A stretch of DNA of 64,000 nt from Paludibacteraceae bacterium (GCA_045658785.1 JAZOVR010000013.1:13424-77423), one strand, 5' to 3'. Positions 28,654 to 37,858 are shown, numbered from the stretch's first letter. Notes: generated by a model from the letters alone, not told the origin. Program-made: numbers and translations.

Positions 28654-30162
28654 ATGAAGCGTATTTTTATTTGTGCAATCAGCATACTGTTTGTATTGCC
28701 AACTTTTGCGGCGAAGAAGGAGAAAGTGCAACAAGTGGACTCGTTGGGTCGCAAGATCAAAACGGGTTGGAACTTCGGAGCGTTGCCATCCGTAGCGTTT
28801 GATGCTGACCTTGGTTTCCAAGGTGGCGCTCTTGCCAATATATACTACTATGGTGATGGTTCGCAATATCCTGAGTATATCCACTCGCTCTATGCAGAAG
28901 CTGCTTATACCACGAAGAATTATGGAATCTTCCGTGTGAACTATGATAGCAAGTACTTGATTCCCAAGCATAGATTGACCTTGGATGCTACTTATCAGCC
29001 TGATGCGATGTGCGACTTCTATGGTTATAATGGCTATCAGTCCGTGTATAATCAAGATTTCCACAAGTGGAAGAAAGATCAATCGAAGATGGATAATCCC
29101 GCGGAGTATCAATCGCGCGCGTTTTATAAGTATAAACGTGACCTTTTCCGTTTTGCTGCGGATATTGAGGGTACGATTTGGAAGAATATCAAGTGGAATG
29201 CAGGCGTTGGCGTGCTCGGCTATATGATTGACGAGTGCGATATCAATATGCTCAATGGCAAGAAGAATGTCTATGACCCCAATACGGAGCGCTATGCCCA
29301 AAAAGCGATGGATAAGAACATCGAGGGCATGTATGAGAAATACGTGAAATGGGGACTCATCGATCAAGCCGAAGCCAAAGGCGGTTGGCACCCTTATCTG
29401 CGGGCTGGTTTGACATATGATAGTCGTGACCAACGCACTTGTCCAACCAAAGGTATTTATGCGGATGCGTTCTTTACCTATACTGCTGCGTTCAATGCCA
29501 AGTATGGTCAGCAAGCCGCTGCGGGGTACAATCACTTGCAGTTCAACTTCAACTTCCGCCATTATGTGCCGGTCTATCGTGATCGTGTGACATTTGCGTA
29601 TCGTATTGGTACACAGAACAATATCGCAGGCAAGTCGCCATTCTATATGAACACTTATCTGAACACCTTGTTTATCCAACGCGTGATGTACGAGGGATTG
29701 GGGGGAGCGAACTCATTGCGTGGTATCATGCGTAACCGTATCTTGGCTAACGGCTTCGCGTACGCGAACATAGAGTTCCGCTGCAAGGTGGCTAAGTTTG
29801 ATATCGGTCGCCAGCACTTCTATATCGGTTTGGCACCGTTCTTTGATTTGGGTGTAATTACTCAGCCATATGAGTTGGATGAAGAAGGAATAAAAGCTGC
29901 TTACAATGCAGATACCGACCCGTTGAAATTGCCATTAGACAATTATTTCTTGATGAAAACGGTTGAGGATGATGCTCTAAACACTCAACACTCAACCTTA
30001 AACAAAGACAAAGTCTATATCCCTCACATGGCAGCAGGATTGGGTTTGAAGGCGGCTATGAACGAGAACTTTGTGCTGTCGGTAGACTGGGCAATGGCTT
30101 TGGATAAGCAAGACAATGCCAAATGGGCAAACTTCTATATTAAGATGGGGTATTTATTCTAG
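28654..30162 (+). CDS. Omp85/BamA-superfamily outer-membrane beta-barrel protein without obvious POTRA repeats
   Basis: 502 aa. Signal peptide MKRIFICAISILFVLPTFA. Alternating beta-strand pattern with G/Y-rich turns and C-terminal ..FYIKMGYLF ending in Phe, typical of OM barrels. A surface-antigen (D15)-like region ..GGANSLRG.. is present. Confidence 0.7.
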   Translation: MKRIFICAISILFVLPTFAAKKEKVQQVDSLGRKIKTGWNFGALPSVAFDADLGFQGGALANIYYYGDGSQYPEYIHSLYAEAAYTTKNYGIFRVNYDSKYLIPKHRLTLDATYQPDAMCDFYGYNGYQSVYNQDFHKWKKDQSKMDNPAEYQSRAFYKYKRDLFRFAADIEGTIWKNIKWNAGVGVLGYMIDECDINMLNGKKNVYDPNTERYAQKAMDKNIEGMYEKYVKWGLIDQAEAKGGWHPYLRAGLTYDSRDQRTCPTKGIYADAFFTYTAAFNAKYGQQAAAGYNHLQFNFNFRHYVPVYRDRVTFAYRIGTQNNIAGKSPFYMNTYLNTLFIQRVMYEGLGGANSLRGIMRNRILANGFAYANIEFRCKVAKFDIGRQHFYIGLAPFFDLGVITQPYELDEEGIKAAYNADTDPLKLPLDNYFLMKTVEDDALNTQHSTLNKDKVYIPHMAAGLGLKAAMNENFVLSVDWAMALDKQDNAKWANFYIKMGYLF

Positions 30163-30183
30163 TCTTCTGTCAGAAGTTTCTTT

Positions 30184-30777
30184 ATGAAATACCAACTGGG
30201 TAATATACACTTAGATACACATCTCCATTGCGTAACGCGCGGTGGAGATGTGGTACATCTAACGCAGTTGGAATATGGCATGCTAGCATATCTTTTTCAG
30301 CATGCAGACACAATCTGCAAGCGAGATGATGTAATGCAAGCCGTGTGGGGACAACGCTTCCAATACGACACGGGCACGATTGATGTGCATCTTTATTCGC
30401 TGCGTCGTAAGTTGGGGTTTACACGCAATGCTCCTATTGAGTCGATCCGTGGTGTGGGAATCATTTTGCACACTGCCCCCAAAAAGCGATCACATACTCT
30501 CAATATCCAAGACTTTGCTATTCAATGGATTCGAGAACATGAGGCTGACTTTTCTGCCAAGCAACTCACCCCTCGTTTGCACCTTGATCCTTTTGTGAGT
30601 GAAATCACGATTTCCCCGGATGACTTGCGCACGATGTTGGATGGAATACTGAAAGTCCTTTTGCCTGTTTCTCAGCCAGGCATTATCCGTATCAAGTCGC
30701 AACTTAGTTGTCATTATTTCTCCCTCTCCCTTGATGTCAATGGCACGATCAATGAACTCCGCATTCCATTAAGGTGA
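30184..30777 (+). CDS. OmpR/PhoB-type winged-helix DNA-binding domain fused to a degenerate, truncated histidine-kinase ATPase-like segment; no receiver domain
   Basis: 197 aa. Residues 1-97 match the trans_reg_C pattern (LTQLEYGMLAYLF...DVHLYSLRRKLG...IRGVGIIL). Residues about 100-197 resemble an HK catalytic core up to the first Gly box (..ITISPDDLRTMLDGILKVLLPVSQPGIIRIKSQ...SLSLDVNGT..) but lack the N-box Asn and G2 box. Confidence 0.65.
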   Translation: MKYQLGNIHLDTHLHCVTRGGDVVHLTQLEYGMLAYLFQHADTICKRDDVMQAVWGQRFQYDTGTIDVHLYSLRRKLGFTRNAPIESIRGVGIILHTAPKKRSHTLNIQDFAIQWIREHEADFSAKQLTPRLHLDPFVSEITISPDDLRTMLDGILKVLLPVSQPGIIRIKSQLSCHYFSLSLDVNGTINELRIPLR

Positions 30778-30862
30778 TTGAAATTTAAGTTAGATTTAAG
30801 GATTCTTCAGTATATTTGCAGTACCTTTGTGCCGAAATTCTGCAAATAAATAGCATTTTTTT

Positions 30863-31531
30863 ATGAAAACAAAAATAGTATGGATATTATTGCTTATTGC
30901 CACAACTACTTATGCACAAAAGGATGCAGCAAGTGATTCTACTATTGTGGCAAAAGAAAAGGCTCCTATTTTTCAGGGATATAGCGGTGGCATGATGTTG
31001 CATGCCGGGTATCTCTTCGGCAAGAATCCATCTGCGGTCTTGCCCTCTGGCGAAAGTATTAGTCCGCAAGGTATGACTATGGGTATTGGTGGCTCGCTGC
31101 GTATTAATCTCTGGAAATATTTGCGCGTGGGTTGCGAGGGGTATGTTTCCACTATGAAATCGGGTGCCACCGATATGAGAGATGTTTTACAATCAGGCAG
31201 TTATGTTCGTACTGGTTCGGGTGGATTGATTGCAGATGCCTGCTGGCGTATGGAAAAAGTATGGCCATATATTGGTACCGCAGTAGGCGGTGGTGCCATG
31301 CGCACACTTTCCGTGGTGGAGGGGACAGAAGAAGATTGGCAACCTGAGGAGTTTGCTATGCTCACCAAACAAGGTTTTGGTTATGTGAACCCCTATGTGG
31401 GTATGGATTGGTGTATGACGAAACGCGTGCACCTGACCCTGCGTATGGACTGGATGTTGGCTTTTGCTGACAAGCAACTGATTTTTCCTACCGGTCCACG
31501 ATTCTTCTTCGGCTTTATGTTCTGTCACTAA
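30863..31531 (+). CDS. Small outer-membrane beta-barrel (OmpW/porin-like) protein
   Basis: 222 aa. Signal peptide MKTKIVWILLLIATTTYAQ, alternating hydrophobic beta pattern, and C-terminal ..FFFGFMFCH. Confidence 0.6.
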   Translation: MKTKIVWILLLIATTTYAQKDAASDSTIVAKEKAPIFQGYSGGMMLHAGYLFGKNPSAVLPSGESISPQGMTMGIGGSLRINLWKYLRVGCEGYVSTMKSGATDMRDVLQSGSYVRTGSGGLIADACWRMEKVWPYIGTAVGGGAMRTLSVVEGTEEDWQPEEFAMLTKQGFGYVNPYVGMDWCMTKRVHLTLRMDWMLAFADKQLIFPTGPRFFFGFMFCH

Positions 31532-31596
31532 TCAACAAACCTGCTCGCTTTGCTCGCGAAATCTAAACTATCCAAATTAAAAAAGCAAACATCAAT

Positions 31597-31902
31597 ATGA
31601 ATTTCTCGGGTATAATATTAGGATTGGTTGCCTTTTTGTGCATCGGATTGTTTCATCCGTTGGTGATTAAGGGCGAGTATTATTTTGGCACCAAATGTTG
31701 GTGGGTATTTGCGTTGGTAGGTGTATTGATGTTGGTAGGTTCGCTGCTGATTGACAATATATATTTCTCTGTTATTCTGGGTGTTATATCTTTCTCTAGC
31801 TTTTGGTCTATACTTGAGCTCTTCGAGCAAAAGAAGCGCGTAGAGCGTGGTTGGTTTCCCAAGAACCCCAAACGCTCAAGCGAATATAAATCAGAAAAGT
31901 AG
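31597..31902 (+). CDS. Small 3-TM membrane protein (DUF4491-like)
   Basis: 101 aa with three hydrophobic helices and a basic tail. The family name is recalled from memory, not verified. Confidence 0.5.
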   Translation: MNFSGIILGLVAFLCIGLFHPLVIKGEYYFGTKCWWVFALVGVLMLVGSLLIDNIYFSVILGVISFSSFWSILELFEQKKRVERGWFPKNPKRSSEYKSEK

Positions 31903-31929
31903 AGTTTTTTCCTCAAAACACACATACAA

Positions 31930-31961
31930 TTTGCATAATTCAAAAAAAAATCGTACCTTTG
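31930..31961 (+). promoter_or_regulatory. -33/-7 promoter of porQ-cmk-ispH-pfkA cluster
   Basis: TTTG(CATAA) 31930-31933, 20-nt spacer, TACCTTTG 31954-31961; ATG at 31994. Confidence 0.6.
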
Positions 31962-31993
31962 CAGGTTGAATAATTTGGAGAATTTTTCTCAAA

Positions 31994-33010
31994 ATGAAAC
32001 AACCCAAAGTAATATACATCATACTGCTGTTTATCAGCGTTATACAGTCCCTACCCGCCCAAATCAACGGTGCAGGTAGTAGTGTATTTCATTTCTTAAA
32101 CCTACCAGCTTCATCTCGATTAAATGCATTAGGAGGAGAGAATGTAGCGATTGCTGACGACGACATCAGTATGGCATTTGTCAATCCTGCCTTACTCACG
32201 GCAAAGACCGACAAAGTATTGCAACTCAACTACGCATACTACCTCGCAGGTACCATGTTCGGAAGCGTGATGTATGGACATAACTATCAAGACAACTATT
32301 TTGCCGCAGCCGTGCATTACTTGGATTATGGACAGATGAAATATGCTGATGAGATGGGTAACTTGCTCGGCACTACTTTCACAGCCAAAGACATTTGTGT
32401 TAACCTAATGTACGCTAGGCAATTAGGCCCCATGTTTCGCGTAGGAGCGACCTTAAAGCCTATTTTCAGTGTATATGAGAAATATACTAGCTTTGCGTTA
32501 GGTGCCGATGTTGGAGGTCATTTTCAGACCCAAGATAGTACTTTTCAGATGGGATTAACATTGCGCAATATAGGTTGGCAATTAAAGTCGTTCTACGAGG
32601 AAGACTACGGTCAACATACCGAAATGCTGCCTCTGAACTTGGAATTTGGTTTGAGTTATCGTTTGGCACATGCCCCATTGCGCTTCTCCATGACGGCACA
32701 CAATCTGCAGCGTTGGAATATAGCACCTGCAGGAACAGATGTGAAGTGGTATGACATGCTTTTCCGCCATACCATTTGGGCTATCGACATCGTTCCAAAG
32801 AGCGAAAAATTCTATCTTACAGTAAGTTACAACCACCGTCGTCAAGCCGAAATGAATATAGCAGATGTGCGTAGTATCGCAGGGTTTGCCTTCGGTGCAG
32901 GGGTAAAAGTGTATAAATTTCACGTTGGTTTTGCTATGAGTCAATACACCAAGAGCAATTTTACCTATCAAGTTTCTCTTTCAACCGATATAAATAGTTT
33001 TCTGAAATAG
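31994..33010 (+). CDS. porQ: Type IX secretion system outer-membrane protein PorQ
   Basis: 338 aa with a signal peptide. SVFHFLNLPASSRLNALGGENVAIADDDISMAFVNPALL matches the PorQ/PorV-family N-terminal signature. The conserved Bacteroidota neighbourhood with cmk supports the call. Confidence 0.72.
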   Translation: MKQPKVIYIILLFISVIQSLPAQINGAGSSVFHFLNLPASSRLNALGGENVAIADDDISMAFVNPALLTAKTDKVLQLNYAYYLAGTMFGSVMYGHNYQDNYFAAAVHYLDYGQMKYADEMGNLLGTTFTAKDICVNLMYARQLGPMFRVGATLKPIFSVYEKYTSFALGADVGGHFQTQDSTFQMGLTLRNIGWQLKSFYEEDYGQHTEMLPLNLEFGLSYRLAHAPLRFSMTAHNLQRWNIAPAGTDVKWYDMLFRHTIWAIDIVPKSEKFYLTVSYNHRRQAEMNIADVRSIAGFAFGAGVKVYKFHVGFAMSQYTKSNFTYQVSLSTDINSFLK

Positions 33011-33074
33011 TTAACAACGAGAGGTAAGGAGCAAGAGATAAAGACTGATTACCATTTTATTAAGCAATAATAAC

Positions 33075-33749
33075 ATGCAACCAATCATTGTAGCCATTGA
33101 CGGCTATTCATCTTGTGGAAAGTCCACCATTGCCAAAGCATTGGCAAAGTATGCGGGTTATACCTATGTAGATACTGGTGCGATGTACCGTGCGACGGCA
33201 CTCTATGCACAGCGTGCGGGACTAACAGATAAGTTGGAGCAAGTAGTGCATCTGTTGGATCAAATCCAAATTGGTTTTATTCTCACCCCAGAAGGGCAGC
33301 ACGTGACCCTCAATGGAGAGGATGTAGAAGCGCATATTCGCACATTGGAGATTGGCAATTTAGCTTCACAGATATCAACCATCAAAGAGGTACGTGCATT
33401 CTTGGTTGCACAGCAACAAGCAATGGGTGAGAAGAAAGGGATTGTGATGGATGGTCGAGATATAGGTACAGTAGTGTTTCCGAAGGCAGAATTGAAGTTG
33501 TTTTTAACTGCATCGCCCGAAGTACGTGCCGAGCGTCGCTTCAAGGAACTTCAGTCCAAAGGCGAGTCCCCTGTGTGGGAAGATGTATTAGCCGATGTTA
33601 ATGATCGCGATTATCGCGATACACATCGTGCAGAAAGTCCTTTGCGTCAGGCAGATGATGCGGTGGTGGTAGATAATAGCTATATGACTCGTGAAGAGCA
33701 GATGGAGTATATTATTCATGTGTTTAGTGAACGCTGCGCTACCGTTTAG
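33075..33749 (+). CDS. cmk: Cytidylate kinase
   Basis: 224 aa. P-loop IAIDGYSSCGKST, then DTGAMYRA and MDGRDIGTVV. Confidence 0.93.
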   Translation: MQPIIVAIDGYSSCGKSTIAKALAKYAGYTYVDTGAMYRATALYAQRAGLTDKLEQVVHLLDQIQIGFILTPEGQHVTLNGEDVEAHIRTLEIGNLASQISTIKEVRAFLVAQQQAMGEKKGIVMDGRDIGTVVFPKAELKLFLTASPEVRAERRFKELQSKGESPVWEDVLADVNDRDYRDTHRAESPLRQADDAVVVDNSYMTREEQMEYIIHVFSERCATV

Positions 33750-33758
33750 GGTTTAGAG
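33722..33758 (+). repeat. Hairpin-element copy overlapping the 3' end of cmk and abutting the ispH ATG
   Basis: GTTTAGTG AAC GC-TGC-GC TACC GTTTAGG GTTTAGAG followed directly by ATG 33759. It encodes cmk ..FSERCATV* and supplies its TAG stop. Confidence 0.75.
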
Positions 33759-34655
33759 ATGAAGGTAACGATTGATGATAATTCGGGATTTTGCTTTGGT
33801 GTGACTACTGCCATAGAGTCAGCTGAGAGAGAGCTAAAGAATGGACAATTATTTTGCCTAGGGGATATTGTGCATAATGGTCAAGAGGTAGAACGTCTGA
33901 ACCAGTTAGGATTGGAAACCATTGACTATGATGATCTAAGAACATTGCACAATGTGCGTGTACTCTTTCGTGCTCATGGCGAACCTCCCTCTACCTACAT
34001 GATTGCTCGACAAAATGGTATTGAAGTGATAGATGCGTCCTGTCCAGTGGTTCTCAAACTACAAAAGCGCATCCGAGAAACCTACCTACAACATCATGGT
34101 ACTGGCGTGCAAATTGTTATTTTTGGGAAGAAAGGTCATGCAGAAGTGATTGGATTAGAAGGACAAACCAATAACACCGCCATCGTCATTGAGAGTATCC
34201 ACGATTTAGATCGATTAGATTTCTCTCGCCCAATATATCTCTTCTCACAAACCACTAAATCCGTAGAGGAGTTTCAGCAGATTGTAAATAAGATTAAGGC
34301 GATGAGGCAACTAAGGAACGAGGTAGAAAGTGAGAAAATCGTCTTTGAGTATCATGATACGATTTGTCGGAATGTGGCTAATCGCGTGAAGAAGTTGCAA
34401 GAGTTTGCTAAAAACAACGATGTGGTAGTCTTTGTAGGCGGAAAAAAGTCTTCTAACGCCAAAGTACTCTACAATAATTGTTTGGAAGTAAACTCTAGCA
34501 CAGTTTTTGTGAGTAGCCCAGAAGACCTCACACCAGAAATACTTGCCCTATGCCGCAAGGCAGACAAGGTGGGTATATGCGGGGCGACATCCACCCCAAA
34601 ATGGTTGATGGAGCAGCTTCGCAGCAGTTTAGAGAACGGCGCAGAGCGCCTATAG
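33759..34655 (+). CDS. ispH: 4-hydroxy-3-methylbut-2-enyl diphosphate reductase
   Basis: 298 aa. FCFGVTTAI, DASCPVV, HDTICRNV (three Cys ligands), and GGKKSSN. Confidence 0.95.
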   Translation: MKVTIDDNSGFCFGVTTAIESAERELKNGQLFCLGDIVHNGQEVERLNQLGLETIDYDDLRTLHNVRVLFRAHGEPPSTYMIARQNGIEVIDASCPVVLKLQKRIRETYLQHHGTGVQIVIFGKKGHAEVIGLEGQTNNTAIVIESIHDLDRLDFSRPIYLFSQTTKSVEEFQQIVNKIKAMRQLRNEVESEKIVFEYHDTICRNVANRVKKLQEFAKNNDVVVFVGGKKSSNAKVLYNNCLEVNSSTVFVSSPEDLTPEILALCRKADKVGICGATSTPKWLMEQLRSSLENGAERL

Positions 34656-34669
34656 TTTAGAGTTTAAAG
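34627..34669 (+). repeat. Hairpin-element copy forming the last 9 codons and stop of ispH
   Basis: GTTTAGAG AAC GGCGC-AGA-GCGCC TATA (34627-34654), then GTTTAGAG TTTAAAG. It encodes ..SLENGAERL*. Confidence 0.85.
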
Positions 34670-34679
34670 GAAAAGATAT

Positions 34680-35663
34680 ATGGAATACAAACCTAAAAGA
34701 ATCGGTGTTCTCACCTCGGGAGGCGATGCACCGGGTATGAATGCAGCCTTGCGTGCAGTGACACGCGCTGCTATATCTAACGACATCCAAGTTAAAGCCA
34801 TCTATCGTGGCTACAAAGGTTTGATTGATGGCGAAGTTAAGGAATTTTCCACACAAGACGTAAGTGGTATTATCTCTCGTGGCGGTACTATATTAAAATC
34901 AGCTCGCTGCGCAGAGTTCCCAACTAAAGAAGGACGTCAACAGGCCTACGAAACCATCAAACGCGAGGAAATTGATGCCTTGATTGTCATTGGTGGAGAC
35001 GGCACCTTTACTGGCGCACGTGTATTTGCACAGGAGTACAATATTCCTGTGATTGGTATTCCAGGTACGATAGACAATGACCTATGGGGAACAGATGCCA
35101 CTATAGGCTATGACACTGCTTTGAATACGATTATGAATTGTGTGGATATCCTTCGCGATACAGCAACTAGCCACGAGCGTGTTTTCCTAGTAGAAGTGAT
35201 GGGACGTGATGCCGGTTTCTTGACCCTCAATGCTGCAATTGCTGCAGGAGCCGAAGCTGCGATTATTCCAGAGCGCGCAACTATCATTGAGCAGATAGAG
35301 GCAGCCATTGGTCAAGGTAAACGCAAAAGCAAGAACTCAAGTATCGTATTGGTACAAGAGCATGCTGTGGCAGGTGGTGCGCAAGCAGTAGCCAAGATGA
35401 TAGAAGAAGTACACCCAGAGTTCAGTTCGCGCGTGACTATTTTAGGTCACTTGCAACGTGGTGGTTCTCCTACAGCCAATGACCGTATCTTGGCTTCGCG
35501 CATGGGTATTGCTGCTGTACAAGCGCTATTGGAAGACCAACGCAATATCATGGTAGGCGTGAAGAACGGCGAGATAGACTATGTGCCACTGAGTAAGGCT
35601 ATCAAGCAAAAGAAAGATATTAAAGATGACAAGTGGAGTGCATTGCAAGTATTGAGTATCTAG
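34680..35663 (+). CDS. pfkA: ATP-dependent 6-phosphofructokinase
   Basis: 327 aa. [44 protein letters not shown]. Confidence 0.95.
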   Translation: MEYKPKRIGVLTSGGDAPGMNAALRAVTRAAISNDIQVKAIYRGYKGLIDGEVKEFSTQDVSGIISRGGTILKSARCAEFPTKEGRQQAYETIKREEIDALIVIGGDGTFTGARVFAQEYNIPVIGIPGTIDNDLWGTDATIGYDTALNTIMNCVDILRDTATSHERVFLVEVMGRDAGFLTLNAAIAAGAEAAIIPERATIIEQIEAAIGQGKRKSKNSSIVLVQEHAVAGGAQAVAKMIEEVHPEFSSRVTILGHLQRGGSPTANDRILASRMGIAAVQALLEDQRNIMVGVKNGEIDYVPLSKAIKQKKDIKDDKWSALQVLSI

Positions 35664-35667
35664 ACAA

Positions 35668-37323
35668 ATGAAAAAGATAGTTTTATTTTGCATGGCCGTA
35701 GTAGCTATGACTACCTATGCCAAACCACAAGCCACTCCAACAGACACCATAGATGTCGTATGCTACGACTTGCAACTCAACACCGATTTTATCGGCCTGT
35801 TTGGTATGGCGTATATCTTTGCTAACAATAGCGACTATAAATTAACAGGAGCGATTCTAGCCGACTCTATTCCACCTGGCACCTATACCGATTGTATGAT
35901 GGACCTCGTGCATATAGCCACGGGCAAGCAGATTCCAGCAGCAAGTGTAACCCTCGACTTATCGGTGGATAAAAACCGCAATTGCGCCATTGTAGGTCAG
36001 ATGTTGGGCGAAGACAATATCTTGTACAATCTAGACTTGTCTTGGCAGACACCTTCAACCAAAGATACGGTGGCTATTGCCTTTGACAACTCTGCGTGGG
36101 TGGCGTACTATCCTGACTTGGGACATGACTTTATGTTGTCGAACGAAGATGAGAATTATGATATTGCTCTAGACATTGTGCAAGTGCCTATGGGTGAGAG
36201 TTTTACCGAAAAGAACTTAAACATCGGCTATTGCTGCATTGCCAACAAGCAGACGAAGGACACTATCAAGATAGCTGCCGCAGAGGGACGCGTATGGCAG
36301 TCGAATGACACCACCTACCTCAGTGCGATGGTGACAGGATTTGACTCTGTGATGTACGATATTGACTTATGGTATGCTGTTCCAGAAGTAACGAAGACGG
36401 TAGAGTTGAATATCTCCAATGCTACCTTCTACAACGAACTAGAAAGCGATGGCTATTATGCCCTCGTAGGTACTACGACCGATCACGAATATGAGTTCGC
36501 AATCTCGCTACTTGGAGATACGGAGGAGGATATACCTGGCACCTATGTGAATGATGGACTGTTTGGCGGATTTAGCGGAAAGGGATATGATTTCCTCCAC
36601 TTTATTGGCGGACAATACACCACCTATGTTGCGAAGTGGAATGCGGAGAAAAAGGATTATGACATCATCTCCATAGAGAAGGGAGAAACGACGGTAGAGA
36701 TGGATGAGGAGCAGAACGTAAGTCTGCAAGGTCGTTTCATAGGTGCAGATGGTGTGGAATACAAGGTAACTCTTTCCACTAAAGTGGATAAGCCACGCAT
36801 CATCGATGATGCTACCGAAGGAGCTGTGGACCGCATATTTGTCAATGAGGATGAGTTGACCGTGAAGAAGTTGGCAGAGGATGAGGTTCGTTTGGAAATA
36901 ATGACAGATCGCGATTTGCTGGCAATGTGGTTTTATGTTGAGCAAATTGATGATGAGATCATTATCCCTGAAGGAGAGTATTCAATTGATAATTCCGAAG
37001 ACTATTGGTCGGTAGTGGCCGCAGATGGTAGTTTGGGCAAGACCTTCTACGCAACGCATGATGGTGAATACTTCACTTCTTTCTATTTCTTGACTAGTGG
37101 AACTGTGAAGATCAGCAAGAAGAATGGTAAACTGTCGTTTGAGATAGATGCTTTGAACTCCTACGATGTACCCGTACATATCGTGTATGAGGCGACAAAT
37201 ACAACTGGTGTGGGAAACCTGTCCACTAAAAAGATAGATAGCCAAAAGAAGATTGTCAATGGTCAGTTGATGATTATGCGCAATGGCAAGACATATAATG
37301 CAATGGGTGCAGCAATCCAATAA
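35668..37323 (+). CDS. Hypothetical secreted protein with a possible T9SS-type C-terminal tail
   Basis: 551 aa with signal peptide MKKIVLFCMAVVAMTTYA. The C-terminal ..KKIVNGQLMIMRNGKTYNAMGAAIQ resembles the short beta-strand tail seen on Bacteroidales secreted proteins. It starts 4 nt after pfkA. Confidence 0.55.
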   Translation: MKKIVLFCMAVVAMTTYAKPQATPTDTIDVVCYDLQLNTDFIGLFGMAYIFANNSDYKLTGAILADSIPPGTYTDCMMDLVHIATGKQIPAASVTLDLSVDKNRNCAIVGQMLGEDNILYNLDLSWQTPSTKDTVAIAFDNSAWVAYYPDLGHDFMLSNEDENYDIALDIVQVPMGESFTEKNLNIGYCCIANKQTKDTIKIAAAEGRVWQSNDTTYLSAMVTGFDSVMYDIDLWYAVPEVTKTVELNISNATFYNELESDGYYALVGTTTDHEYEFAISLLGDTEEDIPGTYVNDGLFGGFSGKGYDFLHFIGGQYTTYVAKWNAEKKDYDIISIEKGETTVEMDEEQNVSLQGRFIGADGVEYKVTLSTKVDKPRIIDDATEGAVDRIFVNEDELTVKKLAEDEVRLEIMTDRDLLAMWFYVEQIDDEIIIPEGEYSIDNSEDYWSVVAADGSLGKTFYATHDGEYFTSFYFLTSGTVKISKKNGKLSFEIDALNSYDVPVHIVYEATNTTGVGNLSTKKIDSQKKIVNGQLMIMRNGKTYNAMGAAIQ

Positions 37324-37347
37324 GCACGATCATTGGAATTGGATAAT

Positions 37348-37378
37348 AAAAAAGTTCGGCATTGTGCCGAACTTTTTT
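37348..37378. terminator. Bidirectional intrinsic terminator between convergent genes
   Basis: A6-GTTCGGCA-TTG-TGCCGAAC-T6. Confidence 0.85.
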
Positions 37379-37379
37379 G

Positions 37380-37835
37380 TTATCCATTCACTTTGTCTTT
37401 GATTGTTTTGCGCTTTAGATACACCGCATATCCCAAGCACAAGAACGAGAGTAGCAGCGCGACGTCCCAGCCGTCGCCGAGAGGCAATGGTACTCCAGGA
37501 ATCACAGCTCTTTGCTTAGGTGAGAAACCATTAGAAGAAGATGGTATATCAGGAAGTATCTCACCTTTCAGTTGAGAAGCAACTGTAGTAATCTTGCCAT
37601 TAGCCATACGCATAGGGGCAGTAGAATAGGATATGGGAGGTGCTACCTGAGTGACAGAACTACGATCTGCATAACTACTCGTACTGCGGAAAGTAGGAGT
37701 GGTGGGTTGTACTGCTATTCCGCCACCAAATACCGAGCGATAAGTAGCCGAAGAAGTAGTATATACTTGTGCATGCAACATAGGATAGGCTACCCATGTG
37801 CATAGGATAAGTATGATAACAAACAGACGTTTCAA
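37380..37835 (-). CDS. Small Ser/Thr-rich secreted protein with C-terminal motif-TM-basic tail (sorting-signal-like); TTG start
   Basis: 151 aa. N-terminal signal peptide MKRLFVIILILCTWVAYPMLHAQ. C-terminus GVPLPLGDGW-DVALLLSFLCLGYAVYL-KRK. No in-frame ATG precedes the signal peptide, so the start is TTG 37835. It lies 23 nt downstream of the giant adhesin gene. Confidence 0.5.
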   Translation of the reverse strand: MKRLFVIILILCTWVAYPMLHAQVYTTSSATYRSVFGGGIAVQPTTPTFRSTSSYADRSSVTQVAPPISYSTAPMRMANGKITTVASQLKGEILPDIPSSSNGFSPKQRAVIPGVPLPLGDGWDVALLLSFLCLGYAVYLKRKTIKDKVNG

Positions 37836-37858
37836 ATTTTTATACCTTAAATGATACC

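Noticed and set aside
11141-35663. Presence of both PPi-dependent (pfp) and ATP-dependent (pfkA) phosphofructokinases in one window.
   Set aside because: To my knowledge this dual complement is common in Bacteroidales, so I do not treat it as a novelty.
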